A stretch of DNA of 64,000 nucleotides from Planctomycetota bacterium (GTDB lineage: Bacteria; Planctomycetota; UBA1135; UBA2386): positions 3,232,001-3,296,000 of the forward strand of contig OZ245006.1 of NCBI GenBank assembly GCA_965223545.1. Direction: 5' to 3'. Numbering within the stretch: the first letter of the stretch is position 1; each line of letters starts with the position of its first letter. Position numbers and translations under genes: made by a program. Below, piece after piece: positions 9,507 through 22,080 of the stretch. Below the pieces are notes generated by a model. The model was not told the origin of the DNA and made no database searches. It saw only the letters and a program-made list of their open reading frames with translations.

Positions 9507-9899
9507 ATGGCTGGAACCCCAATCGTCGGCGAGCTGCAGCTCGCGATCCTCCGCGTTCTTTGGGAACGCGGTGAAGCCACCGTCGCCGACGTGCACGCTG
9601 CACTGCTCGACGCCCGCGGCCTGGCACCGACCACCGTCGCCACGATGTTGACCAAGATGGAACGGAAGGGGGTCGTCACGCACCGCACCGACCGGCGTCG
9701 CTTCATCTACCGCGCTGTCGTCGCGGAAGACGCCGTACACCGCTCGATGGTGCGAGAACTGGTCGACCGCGCCTTCGACGGGGATCCAGCCGCGCTGGTC
9801 CACCATCTGGTCCGCGAGGGAGAGATCGATGCCCGCGAGCTCGACTCTTTGCGCGCGCTGGTTCGAAGCCGCCGCGCGGGAGACGGTCGCGATGCCTGA
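9507..9899 (+). CDS. BlaI/MecI/CopY family transcriptional repressor
   Basis: GELQLAILRVLWERGEATV...LAPTTVATMLTKMERKGVV...RRFIY. Confidence 0.92.
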   Translation: MAGTPIVGELQLAILRVLWERGEATVADVHAALLDARGLAPTTVATMLTKMERKGVVTHRTDRRRFIYRAVVAEDAVHRSMVRELVDRAFDGDPAALVHHLVREGEIDARELDSLRALVRSRRAGDGRDA

Positions 9900-11268
9900 A
9901 CCGACTTGGACCCTGACGGGGCTCGACTGGCTGCTGACGTTTGCGCTGCACAGCACGGTGCTGCTGTTGGCAGTTTGGCTCACCATCGTGCTGGTGCGCG
10001 GACTGTCGGACACCGCGCGCGAGCAGCTGTGGAAGACGGCGGTCGTCGGCGGACTGCTCACCGCCAGCTGGCAGGTCGCCACCGACGCACCGGGATTGGC
10101 AGGACACATCGTCGTGCAGTCGACGCCCGGCCCGAACGCAGCACTGCCGGCGGCGCAGGCCGCGACGCCGCCGCGTTCCAGCGCCGCACCGGCGAATGCG
10201 CCGGTGCGCCCGCCATCCCCGCCCAGCGCCGGCGCGGCACCGAACCCCGCCACGCGCGACCCCATGACCGTGCTGATGCTGCTCTACGGCGGCGTGGTCC
10301 TCGTCGGGCTGACCCAGCTCGCGCACAGGCGATGGCTGCTGCACCGGTGGCTGCGCGACCGCAAGCTCATCGTCGACGGTCCACTGCCGCTGCAGCTGCT
10401 GCGATTGACCGAGCGGGCCGGGTTGCGGCGGGCCGTCCGCCTGACCGAGTCCGCCCGTCTGAACACGCCGATCGCATTCGGCATCGGCCAGCCGGAGATC
10501 TGCATTCCGGCCCGCGCGCGGACCGAGCTCGACGTCGAACAGCAGGAAGCGATGCTCGCGCACGAGCTCGCCCACCTCGCGCACGGCGATCCGCAGTGGC
10601 TTTTGGCCCGTGAGATCCTCCAGCGGGTGCTGTTTTGGCAGCCGCTGCTTTGGGTGGCCGCGCGGCAGCTCGACCGCTTGGCCGAGTACCGTTGCGACGC
10701 CTGGGCCTCCCGCCACGCCCCGCGCGTTCCGCTCGCCCAGTGCCTGGTCGAAGTCGCGGGCTGGCTCCGGCCGGCGGACCGAGCTCCCGCCGGAGCACCG
10801 GCGATGGCGACGCCGCGGTCGATGCTGCGCCAGCGCGTCGACCGCATCCTGGCGGAGCCCGGCGCGGCGCCGCGGCGCGGTGACGGGCGTGGCTTGGGCC
10901 TGCTGCTGCTGATCACGGTCGCCTTGGCCCTGCCATCGGCGTCGTGGGGCCGATCGCAAACAGCACCGGTGCCCGCCGAGCACAACGACGCACCGGACCC
11001 GCTGTCGCTGCCCGTCGGTCTGGACGCGCTGCACGACGAGCTCTCGCTGCTCGATGCCGAGCTCGCCAGCCTGCAACGGCTCGCGGCGCGGCGCGACGAC
11101 CCGGAGATCCACAGCCTGCTCAGTCACATCGAGGCCGCCGCCGCCGAGCTCCGCGCTCAGCGCGCACGCCTGCTCACTCTGCTGCCCGCCGCACTGGACG
11201 CCTTGCGCGCGCGCGATCCGGCCGCGGCGGACAGCGTTTCAACCGAAAGCCCAGGAGAACGACCATGA
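9892..11268 (+). CDS. BlaR1-like M56 family membrane metallopeptidase
   Basis: TM segments, TPIAFG, LAHELAHL (HExxH), FWQPLLW, EYRCD. Confidence 0.88.
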   Translation: MPEPTWTLTGLDWLLTFALHSTVLLLAVWLTIVLVRGLSDTAREQLWKTAVVGGLLTASWQVATDAPGLAGHIVVQSTPGPNAALPAAQAATPPRSSAAPANAPVRPPSPPSAGAAPNPATRDPMTVLMLLYGGVVLVGLTQLAHRRWLLHRWLRDRKLIVDGPLPLQLLRLTERAGLRRAVRLTESARLNTPIAFGIGQPEICIPARARTELDVEQQEAMLAHELAHLAHGDPQWLLAREILQRVLFWQPLLWVAARQLDRLAEYRCDAWASRHAPRVPLAQCLVEVAGWLRPADRAPAGAPAMATPRSMLRQRVDRILAEPGAAPRRGDGRGLGLLLLITVALALPSASWGRSQTAPVPAEHNDAPDPLSLPVGLDALHDELSLLDAELASLQRLAARRDDPEIHSLLSHIEAAAAELRAQRARLLTLLPAALDALRARDPAAADSVSTESPGERP

Positions 11269-12368
11269 TCCGTTCGAAGCATCCGCTCGCGCTCGGCGCG
11301 ACTCTCATCATCCTCGCGTCGCCCGCCGTGGCGGCCCCGCAAGACCGCGGCGAACGCGCGCGCAATCCCCTGCACTCCCAACTGAAAGAGGTCGAGAGCT
11401 ACGTCAGCCAACTGCAGGCCGAGCTCGACGCCTTGAAGGCACGAGGAGAACACGCGAAGGCCGACGTAACCGCTGCCGAGCTGCAGGCGCTCGAGCAACA
11501 GTACGCGAACCTCACCGACCTGCTGCACCGAGACGCGCAGCGCACGACCGACGGGCAAGACGCCAAGGCCAAACGGCACAACCTGCAGCAGTTTCGCCAA
11601 CACCTGCTGCAGAACTACGAGCGCGAGCGCGCGGACCTGCTCGAGAGCGCAAAGCGCGATCTGGCGGTCGCCGAGAAGCGGCTCGAAGACGAGGTCCACG
11701 ACCTGCAGGTGGCCCGCGATCACGCGCAGATGGACTACCAGCGCGCGCTGGACAGGATGAACAGCACGCTGGCAAGCGAGAACGCGGAGGTCACTGACCT
11801 GACCGCACAGCTGCACGTGGAGCTGGAAGCCAAGCTCGACGACCTCAAGAAGGCGGCGGCCGGTGAGGAGGCGATGCAGTCGGTGATCACACAACACGAA
11901 CGCCAGCTGGCCGCTCTGCAAGACCAGCGCGTGCGGGCCGAGCGCGACGCCACCGTCGCCCGCGAAGACCTCGAGCAACAGCTGCACCACCAGCTGCAAC
12001 GCCACGAGGTGCAGCTCGACCGATTGCGCCAGCGCGTCGCAACGGAGCGCGCCGACACCGAGGCCAAATCGCAGCACCAGCTCGAACGCCTCGAGGTCCG
12101 ACTGCAACAGCAGCTCGCCGATCTCGACCAACACCGGCAGCGCTTGGAACAGGACCTGCGCACCCGGCACGAGAACCTCGATCGCGAGCGCGCCGCGGCG
12201 CGCGCCGACCGGCGCCCGCGCGCAGCCAACCCCGAGACAACGGAAGGCTCGGCCCCGGTCGTGCTGCAGATGCAGCAGTCGGTGAACGAGCTGCGCGAGG
12301 AGGTGCGCGAGCTGCGCGGCCTGGTGCGGCAGCTCGAGCGCCTGCTGCGCCACAAGCAACCCCACTGA
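11265..12368 (+). CDS. Secreted long coiled-coil protein
   Basis: ATGA-coupled to the M56 gene; signal peptide followed by E/Q/L/R-rich heptads. Confidence 0.75.
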   Translation: MIRSKHPLALGATLIILASPAVAAPQDRGERARNPLHSQLKEVESYVSQLQAELDALKARGEHAKADVTAAELQALEQQYANLTDLLHRDAQRTTDGQDAKAKRHNLQQFRQHLLQNYERERADLLESAKRDLAVAEKRLEDEVHDLQVARDHAQMDYQRALDRMNSTLASENAEVTDLTAQLHVELEAKLDDLKKAAAGEEAMQSVITQHERQLAALQDQRVRAERDATVAREDLEQQLHHQLQRHEVQLDRLRQRVATERADTEAKSQHQLERLEVRLQQQLADLDQHRQRLEQDLRTRHENLDRERAAARADRRPRAANPETTEGSAPVVLQMQQSVNELREEVRELRGLVRQLERLLRHKQPH

Positions 12369-12425
12369 CCGGGAGCCCGGCGCCGCTGGTCGCCACCCGG
12401 CCTCTCGGCTACAGTCCGGGGCACC

Positions 12426-15416
12426 ATGCGCCGGACGCTGCCAGCGGGCTGGCTGGTGTTGGCCTTGGGCGGCACCGGCGGCGCGATCGTCGCGCAAGAC
12501 GTCGCCAACCTCCTGCCGAACTCCTCGTTCGAGGCCGCCGCCGGCGACGAGGGGGACCTGGCGACCACACCGGCAGATTGGCACCGCCGCACGTGGAGCG
12601 GTGCACCGCGCTTCGCGCTCGACCTCGCGGTGGCCCGCACCGGGGAGGGCAGCGTGCGCATCGACTCGACCGAGGGCGCCGACGCCAGCTGGAGCACCGA
12701 GGTCGAGGTCCAGCCACACACGCGCTACCGGTTGAGCGGCTGGGTGCGGAGCCGCGGCCTGCTGGCCGGCAGCGGGCGCGGCGCACAGCTGGGCGTGCAC
12801 CAGCTGCAGTTGCGCGCCGCGACCCGCGCTGTCCACGGTGACCAGGACTGGACCGAGCTCGCGATCGAGTTCGACAGCGGCGCGCACGACCGCCTGCTCT
12901 TCAACCTACTGTTCGGCGGCTGGGGCCGGTCAACGGGGACGGTGTGGTTCGACGACGTGGCGCTGATCGACCTGACCCCACCGCTTCCCGAGCTGACCGA
13001 CGCGGCGGCACACGCGTGGTACCGAGAGCGCGTGCATCCGATTCTGCAGACGCACTGCTACAAGTGCCATGGGCCGGAATCCGAGCTGCGCGGCCACCTG
13101 TTCCTGGGCAACCGCGAGAGCGTGCTGCGCGGCGGCGAGTCGGGACCCGCGATCTCGCTGGAAGAGCCGCGCAACAGCCTGCTGCTGCGCGCAGTGCAGT
13201 ACGAGGTGTTCGAGATGCCGCCGAAGCGCAAGCTGGCGGCCGAGCACATCGAGACCCTGCGCACGTGGGTGCGGTTGGGGGCGCCGTTCGACCCGGCCCT
13301 GGCCAGCGCCACGCCGGCGGCACTGTCGGCGGAGAAGCCACCGCTGATCACCGAGGCCGCGCGGGCGCACTGGGCCTTTCAGCCGGTCGATCAGCCGGGT
13401 CCGCCGGCCGACGGCAGTGATGACGCACCGATCGACCGCTTCGTCCGCGCCCGGCTGGCGGAGCAGGGCCTCGACCTCGCACCGCGCGCCGACCGCGCGA
13501 CGCTGATCCGCCGCCTCTATCACGACGTGCTCGGGCTACCGCCGACCCCGGCCGCGGTGCGCGCCTTCGTCGCCGACCCGTCACCGGATGCCTGGCCGGC
13601 ACTCGTCGACTCCGTGTTGGCGTCTCCGCACTACGGCGAACGCTGGGGCCGGCATTGGCTGGACGTGGTGCGCTATGCCGAGACCAACAGCTTCGAGCGG
13701 GACGGCAGAAAGCCGTTTGCCTGGCGCTACCGCGACTGGGTGATCGATGCGTTCAACGCCGACATGCCGTACGACCGCTTCCTGCTCGAACAGCTCGCCG
13801 GCGACGAGCTGGCACCGCAAGACCCGGGCGCGCGGATCGCCACCGGCTACTACCGGCTGGGACAATGGGACGACGAGCCAGCCGACCCGGAGCAAGCCCG
13901 CTTCGACGAGCTCGACGACATCCTCACCACGACCGCGCAGGGGATGCTCGGCCTCACGCTCAACTGCGCGCGCTGTCACGACCACAAGCTCGACCCGTTT
14001 CCGCAGACCGACTACTACCGCATGCTCGCGTTCTTTCGCGGCGTCCGGCGCTACGGAGTCCGGTCGCCGGCGAGCGTGGAAGAACGCTCGGTGCGGGTCA
14101 TCGCCAGCGCCGAGGAGCAGCGGGAGCACGCGGATCAGATCGAGCGACACCAGGCCGCGCTCGCCGCACTGCAAACCCGGATCGAAGCCCTCGCGGACCG
14201 CGCGCGGCCACGGTTCTCGCCAGTCGACCACGAGGAGTTCGCGCACGAGCGCAACCAGCTCGCGATCCTGTCCAAGCACGTCGGCGAGAGTTTCGATCGC
14301 GCCGCACTGACCGAGTTCGAGGCGCTCCTCGGCGAGCGGGATGCGCTGCGCCGCGCGCCGCCGCCGGCGTTGGCGCAAGCGCTGTGCGTCACCGAGCGCG
14401 CCGCCCCACTGCCGGCGACCCACGTCCTGATCCGCGGCAATCCGCACGTGCAGGGGCCGCCGGTCGAGCCGGGAGTGCCGGAGGTGCTCGGCGTTGCCGA
14501 CCCCGCCATCGAGCCCCCGCCGCAAGGGGAGAGCAGCGGCCGGCGACTGGCCCTGGCGCGCTGGATCGCCAGCGCCGACAACCCGCTGACCCCGCGGGTG
14601 ATCGTCAATCGCATCTGGCAACACCACTTTGGCCGGGGCATCGTCGCGCAGGCCAACGACTTCGGCACGCAGAGCACACCACCGACACACCGCCGGCTGC
14701 TCGACTGGCTGGCCGCCGAGCTGGTCGCGCGCGGCTGGCGCCTCAAAGCGCTGCACCGGCTCATCCTGTTGTCCCGCACCTGGTGCCAGGATTTCCGGCG
14801 GCACCCGCAGGCCGAGCGCGTCGATCCCGACAACACCCTGCTGTGGCGCTTCGAGCCGCGGCGGATGACCGCCGAGGAAGTGCGCGACTCGATGTTGGCG
14901 GTCAGCGGCCAGCTCGACCGGGCGATGCACGGGCCGAGTGTCCATCCCGAGATTCCCGCCGCGGTGCTGGCCGGACAGTCGCGGCCCGGTGACGGCTGGC
15001 CGACCACGCCGGCGCCGGCGGCCAATCGGCGCAGCATCTACGTGCACGCCAAGCGCTCGTTGCGCCTCCCGCTGATCGAGGCGTTCGACGCGGCCGACAC
15101 CGACTTCACCTGCCCGGTGCGCTTTCAGACCATCCAGCCAACCCAGGCGCTGACGCTGCTCAACGGTGATTTCGCCGTTCGTCAAGCGGCGTCGTTCGCC
15201 GGCGATCTGTACCGCGTGCTGCCGGACGACCCGGACGGCCGCGTCGCGCTCGCGCTCTGGCGTACGACTCAGCGGCCGCCGCGATCCGACGAGGTCACGC
15301 GCGGGGCCGCGTTCGTCGAGTCGCTCCGGCAGTCCGAGGGCTACGACGCCGAGGACGCACTGGCCCGCTTCTGCCTGCTGACCTACAACCTCAACGAGTT
15401 CGTGTACTTGCGATGA
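12426..15416 (+). CDS. CBM4/9-like + planctomycete cytochrome c + DUF1549/DUF1553 (PSD1) protein
   Basis: NLLPNSSFE...WFDDVAL; CYKCH; HWAFQP; PHYGERWGRHWLD; CARCHDHK; NPLTPRVIVNRIWQHHFG; QALTLLN. Confidence 0.92.
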   Translation: MRRTLPAGWLVLALGGTGGAIVAQDVANLLPNSSFEAAAGDEGDLATTPADWHRRTWSGAPRFALDLAVARTGEGSVRIDSTEGADASWSTEVEVQPHTRYRLSGWVRSRGLLAGSGRGAQLGVHQLQLRAATRAVHGDQDWTELAIEFDSGAHDRLLFNLLFGGWGRSTGTVWFDDVALIDLTPPLPELTDAAAHAWYRERVHPILQTHCYKCHGPESELRGHLFLGNRESVLRGGESGPAISLEEPRNSLLLRAVQYEVFEMPPKRKLAAEHIETLRTWVRLGAPFDPALASATPAALSAEKPPLITEAARAHWAFQPVDQPGPPADGSDDAPIDRFVRARLAEQGLDLAPRADRATLIRRLYHDVLGLPPTPAAVRAFVADPSPDAWPALVDSVLASPHYGERWGRHWLDVVRYAETNSFERDGRKPFAWRYRDWVIDAFNADMPYDRFLLEQLAGDELAPQDPGARIATGYYRLGQWDDEPADPEQARFDELDDILTTTAQGMLGLTLNCARCHDHKLDPFPQTDYYRMLAFFRGVRRYGVRSPASVEERSVRVIASAEEQREHADQIERHQAALAALQTRIEALADRARPRFSPVDHEEFAHERNQLAILSKHVGESFDRAALTEFEALLGERDALRRAPPPALAQALCVTERAAPLPATHVLIRGNPHVQGPPVEPGVPEVLGVADPAIEPPPQGESSGRRLALARWIASADNPLTPRVIVNRIWQHHFGRGIVAQANDFGTQSTPPTHRRLLDWLAAELVARGWRLKALHRLILLSRTWCQDFRRHPQAERVDPDNTLLWRFEPRRMTAEEVRDSMLAVSGQLDRAMHGPSVHPEIPAAVLAGQSRPGDGWPTTPAPAANRRSIYVHAKRSLRLPLIEAFDAADTDFTCPVRFQTIQPTQALTLLNGDFAVRQAASFAGDLYRVLPDDPDGRVALALWRTTQRPPRSDEVTRGAAFVESLRQSEGYDAEDALARFCLLTYNLNEFVYLR

Positions 15417-15613
15417 GCCTCAGGGTCCGAAAATCTTCGCGCGGCGACAACCTCTCGGAAGGCTCGATGCCGCTGGAACTTCGACAACGCAGCTCCCGGA
15501 GGCTCGAAGACAACACTGGCCTCTGGGCTCAGCGCGGCCGCCGGCGACCGCGGGACCCGCGAACGACGCTCGGGTCGCCGAATGCTCCGCGTTTGGTTGC
15601 GGCCTCGGCCGCG

Positions 15614-15618
<5 letters not shown>
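15414..15618 (+). repeat. ~200 bp dispersed two-hairpin element, divergent copy 2
   Basis: TGAGCCTC start, GGAGGCTC partner arm, CTCAGCGCGGCCG arm, TTTGGTTGCGGCC-N-GGCCGCG end; flanked by GCGATGAGC at 15410-15418 and 15611-15619. Confidence 0.75.
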
Positions 15619-17076
<1,458 letters not shown>

Positions 17077-17080
<4 letters not shown>

Positions 17081-18162
17081 GTCGTGGGGCGATGGGACGC
17101 CATCGGCATTCGCTCGCCCGACGATTGCTGCTGGCGGCCATCGCTCTCGGCTGCGCCCTCGGGGCCGGTGAGCTCGCGGTGCGCATGCTGCCGGAGGAGA
17201 CCCTCGGCTTTCGCTGCAACGGCGAGGTCTTTCGCCGACCACGCGAGTTCATCGCCGACCAGACCAAGAACCGGCTGGGGTTCCACGACGTCGAGCACAC
17301 CGCGATCGGCGAACCCGGCGTGCAGCGGCTGATCCTGCTCGGCGACTCGTTCGTCGAATCCAAGTCGGTCGCCATGCACGAGATCGTCGGCCAGCGCTTG
17401 CAACACCACCTGGAGACGGCGAGCGGAACGCGTTGGGAGGTGATGTCGCTGGGCGTTTCCGGCTGGGGCCAGACGCACCAGCTGGAAGCCCTGCGGCGGT
17501 TCGGCCCGCGGTTCCATCCCGCTGTCGTGGTGACCCTGTTCTTGCACATGAACGACCTGAGCGACAACGCCCCCGAGCTGAAGACGCTGTCGATGCAGGA
17601 GCAGCGCGCGATGAGCCGGGTCCAGCCCGGCTGGGGGACGATGAGGGTCGACCAAGCGCCGCTGCTGTTGGTGCGCAGCTCGGTGCTCAACCAGCTGCTC
17701 TCCCACCGCCTGGCGCAGCTGTCGGTGATGCGCAGCGAGAAGATCCCCACGTCCTACCTGGTGTACGAGGACCCGATCGACGTGCGGTTCGAGCGCGCTT
17801 GGCGCATCACGGCGCGGGCGATCCGCGCCACGCACGCCCTGTGCAAGAGCCTGGGGGCGCGCTACCTGATCGCCTCGGCGCCCACTCCGCACGGCGTCCT
17901 CGGCCCCGACGCCGGCCTCGACTACCTGACCGACGCCTACCCGGCGATGGCCGAGCGCGATTGGGATCTCACCGCTCCGGATCGGCGCATGGCGCGCATC
18001 TGCAAACGCAACGCGATCCCGTTTCTCCAGCTCGAGCCGGAGTTCGCCCGCCGCACAGCGAGCGGAGAGGTGCTCCACTTCCCGTTCGACGGCCACTGGA
18101 ACGCCGCGGGCAACGATCTCGGCGGCCGGCTGATCGCCGACTTCGTCGCCGCCAACGGCTGA
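17077..18162 (+). CDS. SGNH/GDSL-like hydrolase with an N-terminal membrane anchor
   Basis: LLGDSF, GVSGWG, ND, DGHWNAAG. Confidence 0.8.
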
Positions 18163-18175
18163 GATGGTGGTCGCG

Positions 18176-19033
18176 TCAGCGACCCCGGGGCGGCGCTCCC
18201 ATTGCCATGCCGAGCAGCCCCTCGACGACCTCGGCGAACTCCTCTTCGGTGTTCGCTTGCTCGAGCTGGCTGACCGCCGAACCGGCCAGGGTCAAGAACA
18301 TCCGGGCCTGCGTCGAGCTGGCCGAGCTCGAGGCGGCCATCGCGTCGATCCGCTCGCGCATCCGCGCGACTTCCGACGACCAGTCGTCCACCATGTCGAC
18401 CGGCAGCCATCGGCCCTCGACGCGCTTCAGCTCGAGAGTCGACGGCGACTCTCCCGGCGTCGACAGCGAGAGCTTGGCGCGGTCCGCCGAGCTGGTGAGC
18501 ACATCGACCGTCATTCCGCGCAGCTTGGCCAGTGGGTCGTCCGCCGACTGACTGGCACCGCGGCGGAGGTGCTCCATGAACCGCGCGCCGTCGGTGGCCA
18601 GAAAGGCGCCGACGTCGATCTGCGCCAGCTTGCCGCTGTCGGCGAGATCGCTGGAGACGATCGCATCGAGCATGCCGACGAACGCGTCCCAGCCGGCCTC
18701 GACGTCGCTGTCGACCTGGCTGGCGATCATCGGGTGCGCCAGGATCAGCTCCTTCTTGGTCCGCAGCAGGCCGACGACGCGCCGCGCCAAGTCGAAGCTC
18801 TCGTCGTACAGCTCGGGATCGACCCCCGCACCGAACGCCCGCGCCAGCGCGGTGACGTCGTCGCGATAGCTCGGCGGCAACGCCGCCCACAGGACTGCGG
18901 GCCGGCCGGCCCCGAGATGCGACACCACGGCCTCGACCGTCCCCTTGGCATCGCCGGGCAGAGTGATCGCATCACCGCCACCGCAACCACCGACCAAACC
19001 ACAGGTCACCAACCCGACTGCAACGCGCTTCAT
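18176..19033 (-). CDS. Putative lipoprotein, hypothetical
   Basis: MKR + hydrophobic stretch + VGGC lipobox-like site. Confidence 0.7.
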   Translation of the reverse strand: MKRVAVGLVTCGLVGGCGGGDAITLPGDAKGTVEAVVSHLGAGRPAVLWAALPPSYRDDVTALARAFGAGVDPELYDESFDLARRVVGLLRTKKELILAHPMIASQVDSDVEAGWDAFVGMLDAIVSSDLADSGKLAQIDVGAFLATDGARFMEHLRRGASQSADDPLAKLRGMTVDVLTSSADRAKLSLSTPGESPSTLELKRVEGRWLPVDMVDDWSSEVARMRERIDAMAASSSASSTQARMFLTLAGSAVSQLEQANTEEEFAEVVEGLLGMAMGAPPRGR

Positions 19034-19152
19034 CTGACCAAACCGCCCCTTGTTCGACCCAACCGACCTCGGGCCTCACGCCGCACTATCGGCAGCGCGG
19101 CCGCTCGGCCTGCAGCCGCGCGACACACGGGCCACGTCATCGCCAGCGCAAG

Positions 19153-22080
19153 CTAACGCTGTTGGAGTGCCGCGTTCGCGGCGAGCGCCAGCTCCGCCAG
19201 CGCCTGCTCGACGAGTCGCGCATCGGGAGTCAGCGTGGCGAGGGCCACCTCATCGCCGCTCAGCACCGCGTCGATCACCCCTACCGAGCGGGAGACCGGC
19301 CGGCGCACGCCTTCGACGTAGAACCTGCAGACGACCTCGTAGCGCCCCTCGAGCATCAACCGCACCCGCACCCGATCGCTGTCGCCGAGCCACGCCCCGC
19401 TGCTCTTGCCGAGGGCGGCGCGGGCAAAGCCCCGGGTCTTGCCGGTGCGCTGATCGATCGCCTCGAAGTCACTCATCGGCAAGCCGGTGTCGCCGGCATA
19501 GACCAATGAGACGCGCACTCGCCGGTCGGCACCCACCATCGCGCGCAGTCCGGGCAGCTCGACGTCGAGTGGCTGTCGCGCGCTCAGCACGATGCGCGCC
19601 TCGCCGGGAAACAGCCGCTGCTGGCGCGGCGCGTGGCCGTTGCTCATGGCGACCACGTCGACGACGGGGTCCGTCGCGACGAACTCGACGCGGTTGCCGC
19701 GCCACGGGTAGCCGATGGTCTGTCGGGCGCCGTTCGCGTCGGTCAGCTGCACGAGCAACGGCGAGGCGGGTCGCAGCGCGCGCCCCGAGAGGTCGAACGC
19801 CGCGACCTCGTAGCGAAACAGTCGACCGTTCAGGTCGACGCCCTGCAGGCGCGGATCCACGACCCGTTGGCCGGGCCCGACATGCAAGCCGGACACCCGC
19901 AGCAGCGGGCGGGCCGCGCCGCGCAGCGCGAGGGCCAGCGTGTAGTCGCCGGCGTGCAGATTCCTCACTCGGAAACCGAACTTGCCACGGCGGACACGGA
20001 GCTCGTCGTCGCGCACGCGTTCACCATTCCGCCACAGCTCGAGACGCAGCACACCACGGGGCAGCCAATCGGGACCCTTGCCTCCGCCCTGCAGCTGGCC
20101 GAACCGTTCGAGGCTGAAGTCGCGGCGTTCGCCGAACGCGATCTCGGCGCTGTCGGGGGTCGCGTGGCCCGAAGCGCGGACCGCGACGCGGACCCGCCCC
20201 GCCCGCCGTTCGCCGCGCAGCTCATAGCGTCCGTCGGCGTCGGTGCGCACCTGCAACCCGGCCTCATCGCGCCAGCGGGGCCCGCGGTCGCCGTTCGCGC
20301 GCAGCTGCTGCAGCGAGACCCGGGCGCGCCGGATCGGCGCCCCCACGTCGTCGACGACGACGCCGTGCACCAACACCGGCAACTCGGAGACCACGACGTC
20401 ACCCACGTCGTGCACGCCGCCGGCGCGCAATGCCGTCACCGGTACGAGAGCTCCACTGAGGCGATCGCCATTGTCGATGCGCACCTCGAGGGCGTAGGGG
20501 GGCCTCGGCTCGCCGAGCTTGAACATGAGCTCGAACCGGCCGTCGGCACCGATGGAGATCCGCTCCCCCTCGATCCTTCCCCTGGCTCCGGACAGCATCA
20601 AGTCGGCGTCGAGCGCCACGGGTCGCCGCTCGGCGTCGACGAGCCGGCCGCGGAGCACGGTGACCCAGTCGGGCACGTCCAGCGCGAGAGTGACGGTCTC
20701 GCCCGCCGCCGGCCCGCGCAGATCGGATTGCACGAAATCGAAATCGTCGTCGGCGAAGCGCACCGCGGCGTCGAGCAACAGCCCCGCGCCGACGGGGGCC
20801 AGCCACACGGTGTGCGCGCCGAGTGGCTTGGACACCTCGAGCGCGGCCAGCTTGCGCAAGCTCTCGACCTGCTCCGCTGGAACGGCGAACGACGCCGGCG
20901 ACGACGACGCCAACCGGAGCCCGACCTTGCACGGGGTCTGCAACGGCGTTCCATCCGGGCCGCGCAGCACTACTTCGACGGCACCGAGACCGCCGACGCG
21001 CAGCTCGATCTCGCGCTCGGGCACCGCATGGATCGCGAACCGCGCGAGCGCGGGTGCCTGCTGCGGCGTCACCACCAGCAGAACGAACTCCGCGTCGGTC
21101 GCGTCCGCCGCGTCCGCCGCCGACGGCTTCCGCCAACGGGTCGTGCCCGCCAGCGAGCCCAGCTCCGCCGCGGCTCGCTGCTTCTGCTCGGCAACACGGC
21201 GCAGGTTCTCCACCGCCGACCGCACCAGCGCTTGCTCCGCCGCGCGACTGGCGGCGCTCGCCTGCCGTTGGCGGCGCTGCCGCGCGGCGTCGATCTCGGC
21301 GCGATGCGCGCGGATCACACTCTCCGCTTCGCGCAGCTGGGCCTTGAGCGCGACCTGGCGGGGTGACACCGATTCGCGGTAGAGCTGAAGGTGCGACAGC
21401 CGCACCCGCCCCTCTGCATCGCTGATCTCGGTGCGCCGCAGGCGCAGCGAGACCAGCAGGTCGTTGCAGAGCCCGACGGGCACACCCGGCACCGGCAGTC
21501 CTTCGGCATCGACGACGCGCGCCGATACCGAGTAGTCGGCGTGCAGCTCCAGCACCGGCTCCTCGCTCTCGGGAGCGCGCCCGTACAGCGCCAGGACCCC
21601 GAACTTCTGCGGCGCCCGCGCCGCGACCAGGAGCCGGCTGCCGAACGCCGGCAAACGGACCAGCCCCTGTGCGTTCGTCAGCTGAGCGGTGGCGCGCGCC
21701 TCGACGATCTCGGCCCAGTGCGCGCGCTCCCATGAACCCGGGCGGTCGGCGCGCCACCGGTCGACGGCGTCGTTCTTGGCGACGAACACCTCCGCCGCCA
21801 CCGCCGGCTGGCGAGTGACGGCATCGATGACGCGCAGCAACCGGCCGGCACCGGCGGTGTCGTCCACCGCGTCGAGCGCCCGCCGCGCGCCGCCGGATTC
21901 CGGCGCGTGCGCGCGGCTCGCGGCGGCGTCGGCGGCCAGAGTCGAGGTTTGGCTCGACTCCGCGGTCCCGCCGCGGGGGGCGGCGACCGGCGGACCCTGG
22001 GTTGCCGGCGCCAGCGACCAAGCCGCCATCCCGACCGCTCCACAGAGGACGAGTCCGAGGATCGTGGCTTGGGCTTTCAT
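19153..22080 (-). CDS. Membrane-anchored protein with repeated carboxypeptidase-regulatory-like (transthyretin-fold) domains
   Basis: N-terminal TM; repeats of RVVDAEGLPVPGV, GRLVDAE, GVVVDDVGAPIRRARV, TDADGRY. Confidence 0.75.
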   Translation of the reverse strand: MKAQATILGLVLCGAVGMAAWSLAPATQGPPVAAPRGGTAESSQTSTLAADAAASRAHAPESGGARRALDAVDDTAGAGRLLRVIDAVTRQPAVAAEVFVAKNDAVDRWRADRPGSWERAHWAEIVEARATAQLTNAQGLVRLPAFGSRLLVAARAPQKFGVLALYGRAPESEEPVLELHADYSVSARVVDAEGLPVPGVPVGLCNDLLVSLRLRRTEISDAEGRVRLSHLQLYRESVSPRQVALKAQLREAESVIRAHRAEIDAARQRRQRQASAASRAAEQALVRSAVENLRRVAEQKQRAAAELGSLAGTTRWRKPSAADAADATDAEFVLLVVTPQQAPALARFAIHAVPEREIELRVGGLGAVEVVLRGPDGTPLQTPCKVGLRLASSSPASFAVPAEQVESLRKLAALEVSKPLGAHTVWLAPVGAGLLLDAAVRFADDDFDFVQSDLRGPAAGETVTLALDVPDWVTVLRGRLVDAERRPVALDADLMLSGARGRIEGERISIGADGRFELMFKLGEPRPPYALEVRIDNGDRLSGALVPVTALRAGGVHDVGDVVVSELPVLVHGVVVDDVGAPIRRARVSLQQLRANGDRGPRWRDEAGLQVRTDADGRYELRGERRAGRVRVAVRASGHATPDSAEIAFGERRDFSLERFGQLQGGGKGPDWLPRGVLRLELWRNGERVRDDELRVRRGKFGFRVRNLHAGDYTLALALRGAARPLLRVSGLHVGPGQRVVDPRLQGVDLNGRLFRYEVAAFDLSGRALRPASPLLVQLTDANGARQTIGYPWRGNRVEFVATDPVVDVVAMSNGHAPRQQRLFPGEARIVLSARQPLDVELPGLRAMVGADRRVRVSLVYAGDTGLPMSDFEAIDQRTGKTRGFARAALGKSSGAWLGDSDRVRVRLMLEGRYEVVCRFYVEGVRRPVSRSVGVIDAVLSGDEVALATLTPDARLVEQALAELALAANAALQQR

